A stretch of DNA of 64,000 bases from Lytechinus pictus (GCF_037042905.1 NC_087249.1:10666001-10730000), one strand, 5' to 3'. Numbered from the stretch's first letter, positions 24,900-38,165 are shown. The notes: generated by a model from the sequence alone, not told the origin. Program-made: numbers and translations.

Positions 24900-26882
24900 C
24901 TTCATCATGGCTCTGTTTTTCTATTTATCTTAAAAAGAATTATAGCGATTGTGAAAATGAGTAAATTTCTTGTGCGTGCAGCAAAAGGGTTTGAGTGACC
25001 CTGTTACGAGTCTAATAGGAAATAACTCATGCATGAAATTAAAGTCAACATTTCTACAAAGTTTGACAAATTTCCACACTATACACTATCCACACTTCTG
25101 GTGCCACACAGGCACCAGAAGTCTCCGTAGTGTCATCTTTAAAAAAAAATGAATTGTGATTATACATGCTTTCTGCTTTCCCATATTATAAAAAAAAAAA
25201 TTGTCACATGTACACACACGCGTAAGATGCGTTGACTTTAATATACTAAAACGCAATCACGGCATATAATCGCACCATGATTAGGAGATAGGGGTGAATA
25301 ATGACGAAACTTTTTGTGCCCACCTTCAATTTCTGCGGCCCGTGTCCCGCCAAAAGTAATGTTAGCGATATAATTAATATCTTACTGTATGTCCTAACTC
25401 TCTCTCTCTCGGCTACATTAAGTTATCGGAAATGAGGAGAGGTTCGCTGATTTTGATACGACGGTCATTCAAATTACATCGCACGCGGCGCCACGCTACC
25501 GTTGCAAAATTAGACGCCAAAATGCCAAAAACAAATCGTTTCTGGCCCATGATGTTATAGGTGAGATGCACGCATGGTAGGTCGTGCAGTCATGCATGGC
25601 GTTCCGACGTTACTCCGCTGATGAAAACCCGCCTAGCACGTGACAGACAGGGAACATTTCTGTAACAAGGGCATACACAAATGCTGTATAAGCTATCAAT
25701 TTCATAAACAAGATGCGTCATTTAGAAATAAAAAAAAAGTTTTTGCATAACTGTCACGGATTATGTCCATGTGAACGTTTTTCAAGGATTATACTGATGT
25801 ACATATTTCACGGAGCATTGAAATAATAAAAAAGCATTTGCATATTTCTTTAGCATGATATTAATGTCTATTGTTTAATCTTATACATGCACTTCCACCT
25901 AAGGATAGATTCAATGTACAAAACTTATAACATGACGAAATTACATTTTTAAAGGGTTGTTGTGTTGTGCTAAAATAAAACTATCATCATAAAATCATCA
26001 TGATGATTTACTAGTCTTATATGCTTCTTTTAATTGAAATAGTTCAATTCAGGCGTGAAACGCAATGCCATCATCAACTTTATGTTATTTTGTAAACTGT
26101 TGATATTTTTGTCTCTTGTTCCCCTCTAATTCATGCTCATTCATATCTAGATCCTTAATATTCTTTGCTTTTCTGACTAGTCATCGTTGGAAAAATAACA
26201 TTTTTATTCTAATGTTTGTAATATTCATAACCCATAAAATAATAAAGTCAAATTCATGTAAAGATGTTTTAATTCTAGAATATTTCCATTGCTCCACGTT
26301 AAGGGTTATCTGATAAATTATTCACATTTCCAACAACACTTTTAAAGACCACTCGATTACTATAATTATTATTTTTTACTTTTACGTATAGTATGAAATA
26401 GAGGCAAAAGAAGATATCATTTGCGAGCGAACATTACCTGAAGCGTGTGCATCGGTGTGTAACGTACTGCGCATGATCGAACCCGTCCTGTCTGTAAGGA
26501 CGGCCACGATTGATTGCATTGTGGGTAAAACAAATTGGACAGTAATTTTCAACCAACATCTTCCTTACGATAGTGGGGTGGGTGGTCACGTTATCTTTCT
26601 AAATTTAAAAGTAATCCGGATAATTACGAAATCAATGCAAATATCAAGGATGGCACTTTCTTATCCGCCTAAAAAACACGATAAACGTGATCGGTCAGGT
26701 TAATGAAAACTGAACAATGTTTTAAGTACATCTTTAAATAATTTCAACGGAATCGGTAAATGAAACATATAGCATGTATTAGATGCATGTTTTATGTTGT
26801 ATTACTTTATTTGTTGTAATTACTAATTTACTAACAACTATCATCAAATTGTAAGTTGTAACAGTAGTGAGTTAAGTTTATT

Positions 26883-26955
26883 GTAAGCGCCTTTAGCACA
26901 CCTAATGGGGTGGATATGTTTTGCGCATTATAAATGTCTTATTATTATTATTATC
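26883..26955 (+). mobile_element. Probable 3' tail of an L2/CR1-type LINE or its SINE
   Basis: GTAAGCGC...GCGCATTATAAAT followed by (TAT)n; resembles the tail of the SINE at 44269-44544. Confidence 0.45.
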
Positions 26956-27243
26956 ATATTCTCATCATCTACAGTTATTTTTTTGCGAATATCAAAGTTT
27001 GAACAGTTTGTTACAATCTCAACGATGTGTGTAATATAACCATTGAAGAAGAATGGTCGTTCAAATAAATCAATAGGCCTATTATTTAGACCCTGAAAAT
27101 AACTGTGGCGTAATTTGGGTGTGGTAGCGCCACACGGGTGTGATAATATGTAGTCCATAAGTGGCGATACCAAGGTTAATTGTACAAATGGAACGAATTC
27201 TCTGTTGATATAGGTTTACCATTGTTGCCACAGATGTATTAAG

Positions 27244-28688
27244 TAGCTACTGGTGCACCTTTGATGTGTGATGTAGTCATGCAGTGGCGCCATGGATGTG
27301 TGATGTAGTCATACCAGTGGCGCCATGGATGTGTGCTGTCGTTATACCAGTGGCGCCATGGATGTGCGATGTAGTCATACCAATGGCGCCATGGATGTGT
27401 GATGTCGTTATACCAGTGGCGCCATGGATGTGTGATGTAGCTATACCAGTGGCGCCATGGATGTGTGATGTCGTTATACCAGTGGCGCCATGGATGTGTG
27501 ATGTAGTCATACCAGTGGCGCCATAGATGTGTGATGTCGTTATACCGGTGGCGCCATAGATGTGTGATGTAGTCATACCAGTGGGGCCATGGATGTGTGA
27601 TGTAGTTATACTGGTGGCGCCATGGATGAGTGATGTAGTCATACCAGTGGTGCCATGGATGTGTCATGTAGTCATACCAGTGGCGCCATGGATGTGTGAT
27701 GTAGTCATACCAGTGGCGCCATGGATGTGTGATGTAGTCATACCAATGGCGCCATGGATGTGTGATGTCGTTATACCAGTGGCGCCATGGATGTGTTATG
27801 TAGTCATACCAGTGGCGCCATGGATGTGTGATGTCGTTAGACCAGTGGCGCCATGGATGTGTGATATAGGCATACCGATGGCGCCATGGATGTGTGATGT
27901 AGTCATACCAGTGGCGCAGTGGATGTGTGATATAGTCATACCAATGGCGCCCTGGATGTGTGATGTAGTCATACCAGTGGCGCAGTGGATGTGTGATGTA
28001 GTCATACCAGTGGCGCCATGGATGTGTGATGTAGTCATACCAGTGGCGCCATAGATGTGTGATGTCGTTATACCGGTGGCGCCATAGATGTGTGATGTAG
28101 TCATACCAGTGGGGCCATGGATGTGTGATGTAGTTATACTGGTGGCGCCATGGATGTGTGATGTAGTCATACCAGTGGCGCTATGGATGTGTGATGTAGT
28201 CATACCAGTGGCGCCATGGACGTGTGATGTCGTTTTACCGGTGGCGCCATAGATGTGTGATGTAGTCATACAAGTGGTGCCATGGATGTATACCAGTGGC
28301 GCCATAGATTTGTGATGTACTCATACCAGTGGCGCCATGGATGTGTGATATACTGGGAGCTATATTAGTTGCACCATGGATGTGTGATGTAGTTATGCCA
28401 GTGGCGCCATGGATGTGTGATGTAGTTATACTGGTGGCGCCCCGGATGGGTGATGTAGTTACACCAGGGATGCCATGGATGTGCGATGTAGTCATATCAG
28501 TGGCGCCACTTGTGTGTGATGTAGTAATACAAGTGGTGCCATAGATGCATATTGTATTTATACCAGTGGCGCCATGGATGTGTGGTGTAGTCATTTATAC
28601 CAGTGGCACCATTGATGAGTAATGGAGGTATATTCGCGCCATGGATGCATGATGTAGTTATACCAGTGGCGCCATGGATGCATGATGT
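27244..28688. repeat. 33-bp minisatellite, roughly 40-44 units
   Basis: Consensus CCAGTGGCGCCATGGATGTGTGATGTAGTCATA; homogeneous core with degenerate edges. Confidence 0.98.
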
Positions 28689-28789
28689 CTTACTGCAATG
28701 TTATATTATTCACTTAATAGCCATCACCCCATGTTGATTATTCTTACCAAATTTCTATCATTCTCCTCTCCACTCAATGCTTGTTTTTA

Positions 28790-29360
28790 CCTTAATGGCT
28801 GTAAATGAAACTATTTGAATAAATTAGAGTAAAATTGAACAAGCAAGATACTCAGTTTCAGTAAAATCGTATTTGTAAGTTTTGCACTATTTTGATAAAA
28901 AACAATTCCATGCATGTCATTTTGAATAGGCAATGACTGCGTTATGTAATCTCACCATAATTTATTTTGTATTAGTCATAATGTAGTTTATTATGAGATT
29001 ACAAATATTTAAATTTTCTGCTCTAATTTTTTAATGGGATTGAATGCTTAGTCAATGAGTTAAAAAACTATTGCGTAACTTGTTATAAAAAGGGACATAC
29101 TATTCATTAGCACATGTGTGACAAAGATGAAAAAAATATTTCTTCTTCGTTTCAAGCAGACATGTGAAATGAATACTAGTAGCTCACTTATTGTATATTT
29201 ACAATGACATGCATAGAGTCATGAATGCAAAACTTTATATTCAATACCAATGAAATCTTTGCTACAACCATGCAATTGTGATCGACTTTCAGTGTTTTGC
29301 TTATTCAATTTTACTCTTTTTGTTCAAGTCATTATCAGCCTGGAGTACCACCCCCCCCCT
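28790..29360. mobile_element. Decayed Kolobok-type MITE
   Basis: Inverted arms AGAGTAAAATTGAACAAGCAA (~28827) / TTGCTTATTCAATTTTACTCT (~29297); right end CCCC-TTAA. Confidence 0.5.
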
Positions 29361-29402
29361 TAATACTTCTGTACCTCTGACGAATTTCAGTCTCACCACA
29401 CC

Positions 29403-29587
29403 TGTAAAATGACATTTGCTACAGGCTCTATTTTGTCTAAGTTATAGTGTTGGGGTTGCAATAGGGTTTTATGTTATGTTTATTTAGGATAGGGTATAGT
29501 GTTAAATCCATGGTTGAAGTCGGTCATTCTATTCGTCTGTCAAATTTACAGCGGAGCAATTGTCACCAGAGCAAATGTCATGAAACC
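29403..29587. mobile_element. MITE with 9-bp TSD (Mutator/Merlin-like)
   Basis: ATGACATTTGCT / AGCAAATGTCATGAAACC inverted ends; CACCACACC at 29394-29402 and 29588-29596. Same family at 61915-62139. Confidence 0.75.
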
Positions 29588-29662
29588 CACCACACCAACT
29601 CCCATTGTCAGAGAACACAAAAGACAAGATAATACTAGTATTTCCAATGAGAAGTGAATATT

Positions 29663-29668
29663 TTTATT
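29663..29668 (-). promoter_or_regulatory. Candidate polyadenylation signal of the minus-strand host gene
   Basis: AATAAA on the minus strand, followed downstream by a GT/T-rich tract (TATTATCTTGTCTTTTGTGTT). Confidence 0.5.
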
Positions 29669-31467
29669 CAAACTCAAACACTTGAGAATAAGTTACAGTG
29701 AAAAAAAAGTCACATCATTTCACAAACTGGAACATAAATAAAATTGCATAGCGCTCTATAGATACATAACCTATGTACACAGTCCATAGACAGAAAAAAA
29801 CAACAACAGTGATTGCCATTGAACAAGTGTCAGCATATAAGAATATCAAAAGACAACAGATTAAATAACTTGGCACATCAAAGCAAAAGCAAAGCGATAT
29901 ACAATGTAGACATCAATTAGAAAACAAATATAAAATGAAGATAAGATTGCTTGAGATTCGTTGCAGGTCCAATACAATATTTCTTAGTCTCTGGTTAATC
30001 ATTGATGTGAAGTTAATGATATAATTAATAAGGTCAGACAGTAATTCGTTACTAAGTCCCTTGGAAAGGACTCAAAGTCATTGTTCCTAGGGTCATATAC
30101 TTAATTTATTTTTAGTCAGGTACATTCCAACAATTATTATTGAAGTACATCTTGTGGCATATCTTTAAATAAATAATACATGTACATTATGCTAACAACC
30201 GAACACATTGACTTTCATCACAATTGCTTGAAAAGACAAACATTAAAATTGTTTCATTCAATCACATACATGTGCCTAATTTGTCTTGGGTTACCTTGAA
30301 AATTAAAGGCAAATCTTCAGGAAACTTGGCTTGTCTTTGGTACAATGTCTGCAAGAAAGACAAACTTTGGAGGCTCGGAGGTAAATGAATGTGCTTTCTT
30401 TATGACTTCATTTTTTGTGTTCTCAGCAATGATGAATCACATAGATTCCAACAAAGGTCAGTAATATATTCTTACTTATATAACTTGTCTGGTCAGCGGA
30501 TCATTTGTTCCACCTTCCATGGAATGTACATGTATCAGTGCAATCTTGGATCTCATATACCACAAATAATGGAAATTTACTCACACCACAAGATTCAAGT
30601 AATTACTCTTCACTACATGGGGAAATATTTATAATTTTTTTTACATGCAATATGTTAGACACACAGGGGATAAATATAATTTTTGGATGATCTTTGAAAG
30701 AATCAGGTCGTTGGTCTTCTGGATTTTATCACTTGATCATACGGAATTCATAATCCTAATCCACACACCCAATTGCAGTTTAATCTAATCTAACATATAG
30801 CCCACATGGCAATCTTAACCCATAATACAATAAACTTCAGCAAATGCACATACTCCTCATACAGAGAAATATATGTACATGTATATACATGAAGAGAAAT
30901 AAAGAAATATACATGCAATTTCAGGCACAAGTATTCACAGTTTTTCAATTGGACAAAAAATATCATACACCTGAATGGTATCACTCACTTTTTGTACATA
31001 TCTGCACGACCCTTTTTACAAGTTTGATCAGTCAGCAACAGTGAAGAAAAAGAAGGAACTTTGTCTTTTTTCAAGTTTTGAAGTAAAATTATTACTCAAT
31101 TTTGTACATTTACTACAATGTTCAGGAGAAGGGAAATATGCAAAATAGTAGGTATATTTATATTCATCTACAAAACCATAAGTCAGCATTTGAATTTGAT
31201 ATTGAATACACTAATTGAAATCTCATGAAGCATTTACAAATAATTGTTGTTTTCATTGCAATTAAGAAACATTCTAAGAGAACGATATGTCTACTTATGA
31301 CACTGGAAGGCATGTCTTTCATATATTGTAGAAATTTATATTTTACGTTGGTCACAGAACACAAGATAGTGCAATTATTTGCTGATATATTTCTTCACAA
31401 ACATCAATACTGGTTTTGCTCACACACATGTAAATTCATGAAACATGAATTATATGCTCATAGAAAT

Positions 31468-32620
31468 AAACAAGATGAATGCCTCTGGCCGTCTCACCTG
31501 CATCACGCGATTCAATATAGCAGCAGTGCTGATTTTGAAAACTACTATGACTCGCACAAGATGTTCAGTGATACTTGGTTACTCTTATTTCTACGTTTTA
31601 TGAACTAGACCCATACACTTATAGAGATATGATGGTAATTCAACAAATACCCCCAACGTGGCCAAAGTTCATTGACCTTACATGACCTTTGACCTTGATC
31701 ATGTGACCTGAAACTCGTACAGGATGTTCAGTGATACTTGATTACTCTTATGTCCAAGTTTCAAGAGAAAGATCCATCAACTTTCCAAGTTATGATGGTA
31801 ATTCAACAGATACCCCCATTAAGCCAAAGTTCATTGACCTTTGACCTTGGTCATGTGACCTAAAATGCGCAAAGGATGTTCAGTGATACTTGATTACTCT
31901 TATGTCCAAGTTTTATGAACTAGACCAACACACTTTCAAAGTTATGGCGGTAATTCAACAAATACCCCAATTTGACCAAAGTTCATTGACCCTAAATGAC
32001 CTTTGACCTTGATCATGTGACCTGAAACTTGCACAGGATGTTCAGTAATACTTGATTACTATTATGTCCAAGTTTCATGAATCAGATCCATAAACTTTTA
32101 AAGTTATGATGGTAAATCTACAGATACCCCCAATTCGGCCAAAGTTCATTGACCCTAAATGACCATTGACCTTGGTCATGTGACGTGAAACTCATGCAGG
32201 ATGTTCAGTGATACTTGATTAACCTTATGTATAAGTTTCATGAACTAGGTCCATATATTTTCTAAGTTATGATGACATTTCAAAAACTTAACCTTAGGTT
32301 AAGATTTTGATGTTGATTCCCCCAACATGGTCTAAGTTCATTGACCCTAAATGACCATTGACCTTGGTCATGTGACGTGAAACTCATGCAGGATGTTCAG
32401 TAATACTTGATTAACCTTATGGTCAAGTTTCATGAACTAGGTCCATATACATATTAAGTTATGCTGTCATTTCAAAAACTTAACCTCAGGTTAAGATTTG
32501 GTGTTGACGCCGCCGCCGCCGCCGCCGTCGCCGCCGCCGCCGCCGTCGCCGTCGCCGTCGCCGCCGCCGTCGGAAAAGCGGCGCCTATAGTCTCACTCTG
32601 CTATGCAGGTGAGACAAAAA
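31468..32620 (-). mobile_element. Helentron-associated non-autonomous element (HINE, DINE-1/Pearl-like structure)
   Basis: 13-bp subterminal inverted repeats GTCTCACCTGCAT (31491-31503) / ATGCAGGTGAGAC (32603-32615); partial IR GTCTCAC (32590) forming an end stem-loop; (GCC)n at 32509-32571; six ~160-bp core repeats; A-run flanks. Confidence 0.85.
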
Positions 32621-33222
32621 TCACACTTTGAAAACACGGGTTATTTTTATATTACATAGAGTTAAAACACTGGACCTACCTGGGCGATTCCATAGAGTAT
32701 GTCAATTCCCCCAAAGTGGGACCTTTTTTAAATTAATTGTTTACATTTTATAGTTCATATATTCAAAGATGTTGTGATGTTTTCAAATTATCATGGATTG
32801 AGCATTTCATGAAGGGAAGTTGGTCTGGAGGAAAACCGGGTCAAGTAGCAAGAGATTATATTATCGACCTGCCTACATGTACCTAGGAGGGATGGAGGGA
32901 AAGGGGGGGGGGGGTAATCAGTTGACACATTTAAAAAACATTTACGACCAACAAGGTACATTGTACAGTGTACTGATTTGTACTCATGCATAACTTATAG
33001 CACAGAAATAATCAAAGAAAAAAAAAGACAGAAAATACAGATTTCATATGGAATAGAAATGAGAAGAGAGTATTACAAAAAACAGCATGGAAAAAATGTA
33101 TTTAAAGAACATAAAAATAAATCTATAAAATCAACTACACTTGTATGAGTATAGTATAAAACAACCATCAATTTGTAAATCATAAATTACAATAGAAAAA
33201 TGTAAGCTTGTTAGCATTACTA

Positions 33223-33424
33223 CACTGCAAAAACTCAGGTGTTGATTTAACACCAGCCCGGAATCTATATATGTCCACACCAGAGAAGTATTGAAACAAC
33301 ACCAGTTTGGAATCAAACCGATGCTGTTTTAATACTAATTGGTGTTGTATATTAAACACTTCTCTGGTGTGGACATATATAGCTTCCGGGCTGGTGTTAA
33401 ATCAACACCGGTGTTTTTGCAGTG
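33223..33424. mobile_element. Near-palindromic CACTG MITE with TA flanks
   Basis: TA-CACTGCAAAAAC...GTTTTTGCAGTG-TA; arms complementary for about 70-80 bp. Confidence 0.88.
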
Positions 33425-34069
33425 TATAAAAAACACATTTTGGAAATGTTTGAAATAAAACCTTGATAGAAGATGAAATAAAAAGTAATATTTCTGATGG
33501 TATTTCCTACGAGTAATATAAATTATTTCAAAAACCAAATCAAACAAACAACAACTATATAATCATCATTGGGTTAAATTCATTCAGCCCATCGCAACAA
33601 GCTTTTGAGATTTACCAATCTAAACAATACCTTGTTGAATTATTGTGCATAAGATGTCATTCAACAATGACAGAAGTATGAAAGAAGCCCCTAAATATTC
33701 ATCTTGGTATTTCAAATATAATTATATCTTCTCATACTTCAATCATAATGTAAAGTTACGTGGAGCACACATAAAGACCAATATTTACTCCTTACAAGTT
33801 TCATTCATTGCCCAAACATTTGATATCAAATAACATGAAAAATAAATAGAAAATGAATGCTTGCATTTGAAATTGAATGTATCAACAAAGAATTCCCAGG
33901 GAAGCATTTACACAACACTGATAAACATGTTTTTACAATAATTCACTTTACAACCCCTACATCCACGTGGAACCAACAAATATTGTGCTCTAGGGGCTCT
34001 AAAAACCTCTAATCTTATAGACTGGTACTTTCTTGAGACAGTACAAGTTGAGCATATAAAGAACTCTTG

Positions 34070-34287
34070 GGTGGCGTTTCACAAAGGATAAAGTGCGACT
34101 TTAAGTCGTGCTTAAGTTCCAAAATGCACACGATATACAGAGCACAACTGCCTTGAATAACATGCAGTAGGACGCATCCCCTGGGCATGACCTTACCAAG
34201 ACAGCGTTATGTCTTATACTGCATGCAACTTGAAATTTAAGTGTGATTTATAGTCATACTTACATGTAATTCTTTGTTAAACATCCC
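34070..34287. mobile_element. Decayed Harbinger-like MITE
   Basis: GGCGTTTCACAAAGGA / TCTTTGTTAAACATCCC ends with internal inverted CTTAAGT motifs. Confidence 0.5.
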
Positions 34288-34555
34288 CTGAACTGCATTT
34301 TAAATCTGTATATTCCATCATTTTACTTTCAAACATGAAGGATGAGCATATCTATATGTAAGTATATAAGCTTACATTGCTAAGATTTCACTTCAATTTT
34401 TTTGAATAGTTATTTGATCAACCTAATTTCACAATAACATATGTTTCAGCTTCCTTTTCATGTCAAAGAAGATTGTTTCTTGACTTGTTAACTACCACAT
34501 TTCCATATATTCTATATGCTTTATATGGGATCCACGGGTGCAAGAAGCCGATGGG

Positions 34556-34653
34556 TTAAGACTTGAAAAACTGCAAGGCAGCTTGGGCACTGTTGTCCGG
34601 GAAACGAAACTCAAGGCTGAATTTAGATGTCCCTTCCTTTTCCTTCTCTTTAT
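34556..34653 (-). CDS. Probable terminal coding exon of an unidentified host gene (x-KEKEKEGTSKFSLEFRFPDNSAQAALQFFKS*)
   Basis: Strong acceptor (CTTTTCTACTTTCTCCCGTCTTCAG), open phase-1 frame with raised GC and a protein-like sequence ending in TAA, followed by a long UTR-like region and AATAAA. Protein not recognised. Confidence 0.6.
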
Positions 34654-36615
34654 CTGAAGACGGGAGAAAGTAGAAAAGAAAAGTATGATGAATTTATGAT
34701 AAGTTCACAGATTAATTTTACTCGTTTACTTGATGGTAATTTCATTATCAATTATGTAATTCTAATCTGTTTATATTCCAGGCAAGACAATAAATAGAAA
34801 CAAAACAAAATACAGAAAATAGAACATATCACCAGCTAATGCATGGAGAACACCTAAAACAATGCAGTCTACTGACTTTCCAAACTGGCAACTGCTTACA
34901 GAATATAAAATGTTGAGGCATGATGTGTATGAATAATCATTGAGCACATAAAGTAAATTAAGACTAAATTAGATTAATCTATCAATCATTTCAGAAATCA
35001 TTTGGTGAATATGAATTTCAAGAGATTCACCACAATAAAGATGTCTTCTATAATTCTCCAATTCCCTTTTTATCTGTATTCTCATTTAAATGGGTTGACA
35101 AATGAAGAAATTACCATTTTGATTGAGGAAAAATGGAACACTTTGACAGAACAATTATACAGAGATGAATAGTATGCACAAAGTGTTTCTTTAATCCAGT
35201 CTGGATAAAAAGAGTCAACAGTAGCATAATCCCAACACGTGCAAACTTTGCACTTTCAATTCTACTTTTATTAGATTTCCTATGTCATACAGAGCTCTGA
35301 CAAATCCTCGTATTGCGTGATTGGTTTCCAGGTGTACCGAAGATTAATCTAATCCATCGCGTTCTGATCATTCAAACAGACGAGATACAACTGACAATCA
35401 CAGAGTAAATACCAAATGACAAAATAATGAAAAGTATAGCCTTTGGTACATATACAGTAAGCCAATATTCATTCTAATGGCATGGTATTTGCAATGTAGC
35501 TCGCTTGTAGTTTCATATAGAAAATGATAAATGAATGTCAATAATGGTGCCAAAATTTCCTTGAAGGTCTATTTAGTAATTGGCTTGAAACTGATTATAA
35601 ATACTGATAAAGGCTGACAAAACTACATCAGATGAAAAAATAGTTCTTTAATGAAAGTGCATGTACCAACAACTGAACTGTAAGTATTATCAAGAAAGAA
35701 TGTTCAAACTGATTAGGAAAAAGAGACAACAAAAAGTAACAATTTTGTTTTTTTTACAGTTCTATCCTCACAGGAAGGGTATTGTATGTATATGCTAATC
35801 CAACATGTCTCAAATGGTTTGTACATCTTTAATCAAAATAGAAGAAAAGAAAAATGACTGTGCAATACAGAGAATTATGACTTTTAAAATGAACCCTGAC
35901 AAGTCACTGTGTATATGTACTTGTGACAGCTATCTCTACGGTCATTTTTCTGATAATCAACGAGTAAAAATAATAAAAAGGGCTTTCAAGTTTTGTATAG
36001 GAGGCACACATCCTGACAGGCATATCGTATAAAAAAAACCCCAGCAATATACTTGAAAGTATTACAGATGAAATAAATTCAACTCCAGAAATAGGACTCC
36101 ATTACAGAAAACAAGAAAGAAAGGTCGTCAGGCCTCATGTTAAGCAAAGATACAGCTTGTGGTTAGAAACTTTGAATTCCAGTTCACTTAGGAACCAAAA
36201 ATTGTTTTTATACAGCAACATGCATTAATGGAATTTATCAAATGGATATGGTACAACAAATAAAGCCTGGTATGAATATTGAAATTAAGAAAACTATAAG
36301 ACAAGAAGTAAATCCACTTGTTGGTTTGTACATCCCCATCAAGCCATTCCTTAACTTATAACCATATTTTCCTCCATCCAATAAACCCTAAGTGCATTTC
36401 TATTTCACTTTGGTATGGTTTGACGAGCAGGCTGTCAACATGGAAAGGGCAGTCACGGGCCTAGGTTCTGATTTATGCCTTGTGTCACGCTAGAATCGCA
36501 TCAAGGATACAAGAAACACAGTATCTTCTAATGGATTATTTGAGCAGTCTATCTGCATACTAAAAAGCAGAGCTTGCTACGTTGAGTAATCAACATGTGA
36601 ATCGAATACATGTAC

Positions 36616-36675
36616 CTTCCCCCCATTTACTCAGGAATTGAGATTTGAGGAGGATTGTATAGATGTATTTTACAG
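36616..36675 (-). CDS. Possible 60-nt upstream or cassette exon (x-VKYIYTILLKSQFLSKWGE)
   Basis: TTTTTTATTTCTTAG acceptor, AAG|GTACAT donor, open and phase-compatible with the terminal exon; the peptide itself is unconvincing. Confidence 0.2.
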
Positions 36676-37914
36676 CTAAGAAATAAAAAAGAAAGATTGA
36701 AGCTTTGAAAGCAATTCATGCACTTAATGTGGAGACAAGGGGGGGGGGGGAGGATAACACATAATATCACATGCATAATTTAAGTTCAGCTAATCTATGA
36801 ATACATTTATAAAATTTATTCATTTGATTGACTGATTGATTTATCTATTCATTTATTCATTAATTTATTTTCTTTAATGTATACTGCAGGGTAGGCCTGT
36901 TCAGTTATGCAAAACTGCTCCCTCTGTTCTTATGTTATCATGATTAACTTTTAGTATGATATTGATAATATCTTTCTCACAATTACTAGCAAATAGCAAG
37001 TTTTAACAAATTTATTTAAGAAAATATAAATATACAGGGTTAAAGTGAAAATCTAGAGTTGAAAAAGAATGACATACAATGTACATGTACTAGATTCTTA
37101 CATCTGACTATAAAAACCCTCTTATCGTTCAAGAACTATAGTGATAATAATAAGCAGTTCCCAGAGACGCATAATACCATATAAATGGTCTCTAAGCGCG
37201 TTGTTAACCATACACGTCTCTCCTTTTTATGCATGGAAATTATATGCTTGCTGAGGATAGGAATATGCATACAACGAATTCACTGAATCAACTTGAATCT
37301 TTGCAGATGGCCATGACAAAAGAATTGCAACGGGCAAACTGTTTGGAAATTTATTCAGCAAAGACGACGCAAAGAGATTAAAACCCTACGCACCTAAACC
37401 CGAAAAGAGGACAAAGTGATCGGATATGAGAAGACGAAGAAGAAAAGTTAGTGCAGCAACACTGAGAGTCCCAGAGGGAGAGGCGCGAATGGACGATGGG
37501 GGAAACCGGGCACGGCCAATCGGTGAAAGTGATACGGAAGGACAAGAACATCTTTGTTTGTTCGGCGATGCTGTTCTATTCAGTCGAGGGGGGGCATTCT
37601 GATCAAATAGGAATTGAATTCAGGGCAAACAGGCTAAGGGAGATTGGCTGGGGGGCACCTGCCAATGGTCATACACAATTTCACACATTTATTTCTCTAT
37701 CTCTCTCTCTGATCAGTCGTCTTCATTCCTCCATCACAATCAGTTTTTCATTTAGCTAACATCACCAACATACTTCAGGAAACTTCAAAAGTTTTCAACA
37801 ATGTTCCATTTTACAAATGATTCATTTTTGTTCATTTTTTTAAATCAATTATGGATGGCAATATTGCTTCTAAGCAATGGGCAAACTTAGGGAGGAAAAA
37901 GTGTGTGGAAGGAT

Positions 37915-38165
37915 TAAGGGAGATATAAAGTGAGTGAGAGAGGTGGTGAGAGGGGGGGGAGACAGAGAGAATGAGAGAGTGAGAGGGAAAGAGAGGTGAG
38001 GGAGGGGAAGAGGAGAGGGGAAGAGTAAAGAGAGGGAGTGAGTTGGAGAGGAGTGAGGGGGAAGGGAGAGGGGGAGAGGAAAGAGAGAGGGGGAGATGAT
38101 GGAGGGGAGGGAGAGAGGGGGAGAGTAAGAGAGAAACAAAGAGAGAGAGAGAGAGATGGTGAAAG
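37915..38165. repeat. GA-rich homopurine tract
   Basis: About 250 bp of nearly pure purines. Confidence 0.9.

Noticed and set aside
27239..28594. CRISPR array, or His/Trp-rich repeat protein
   Set aside because: Contiguous 33-bp units with no unique spacers; ORFs are open on both strands only because the unit is a multiple of 3, and they are broken by stops.
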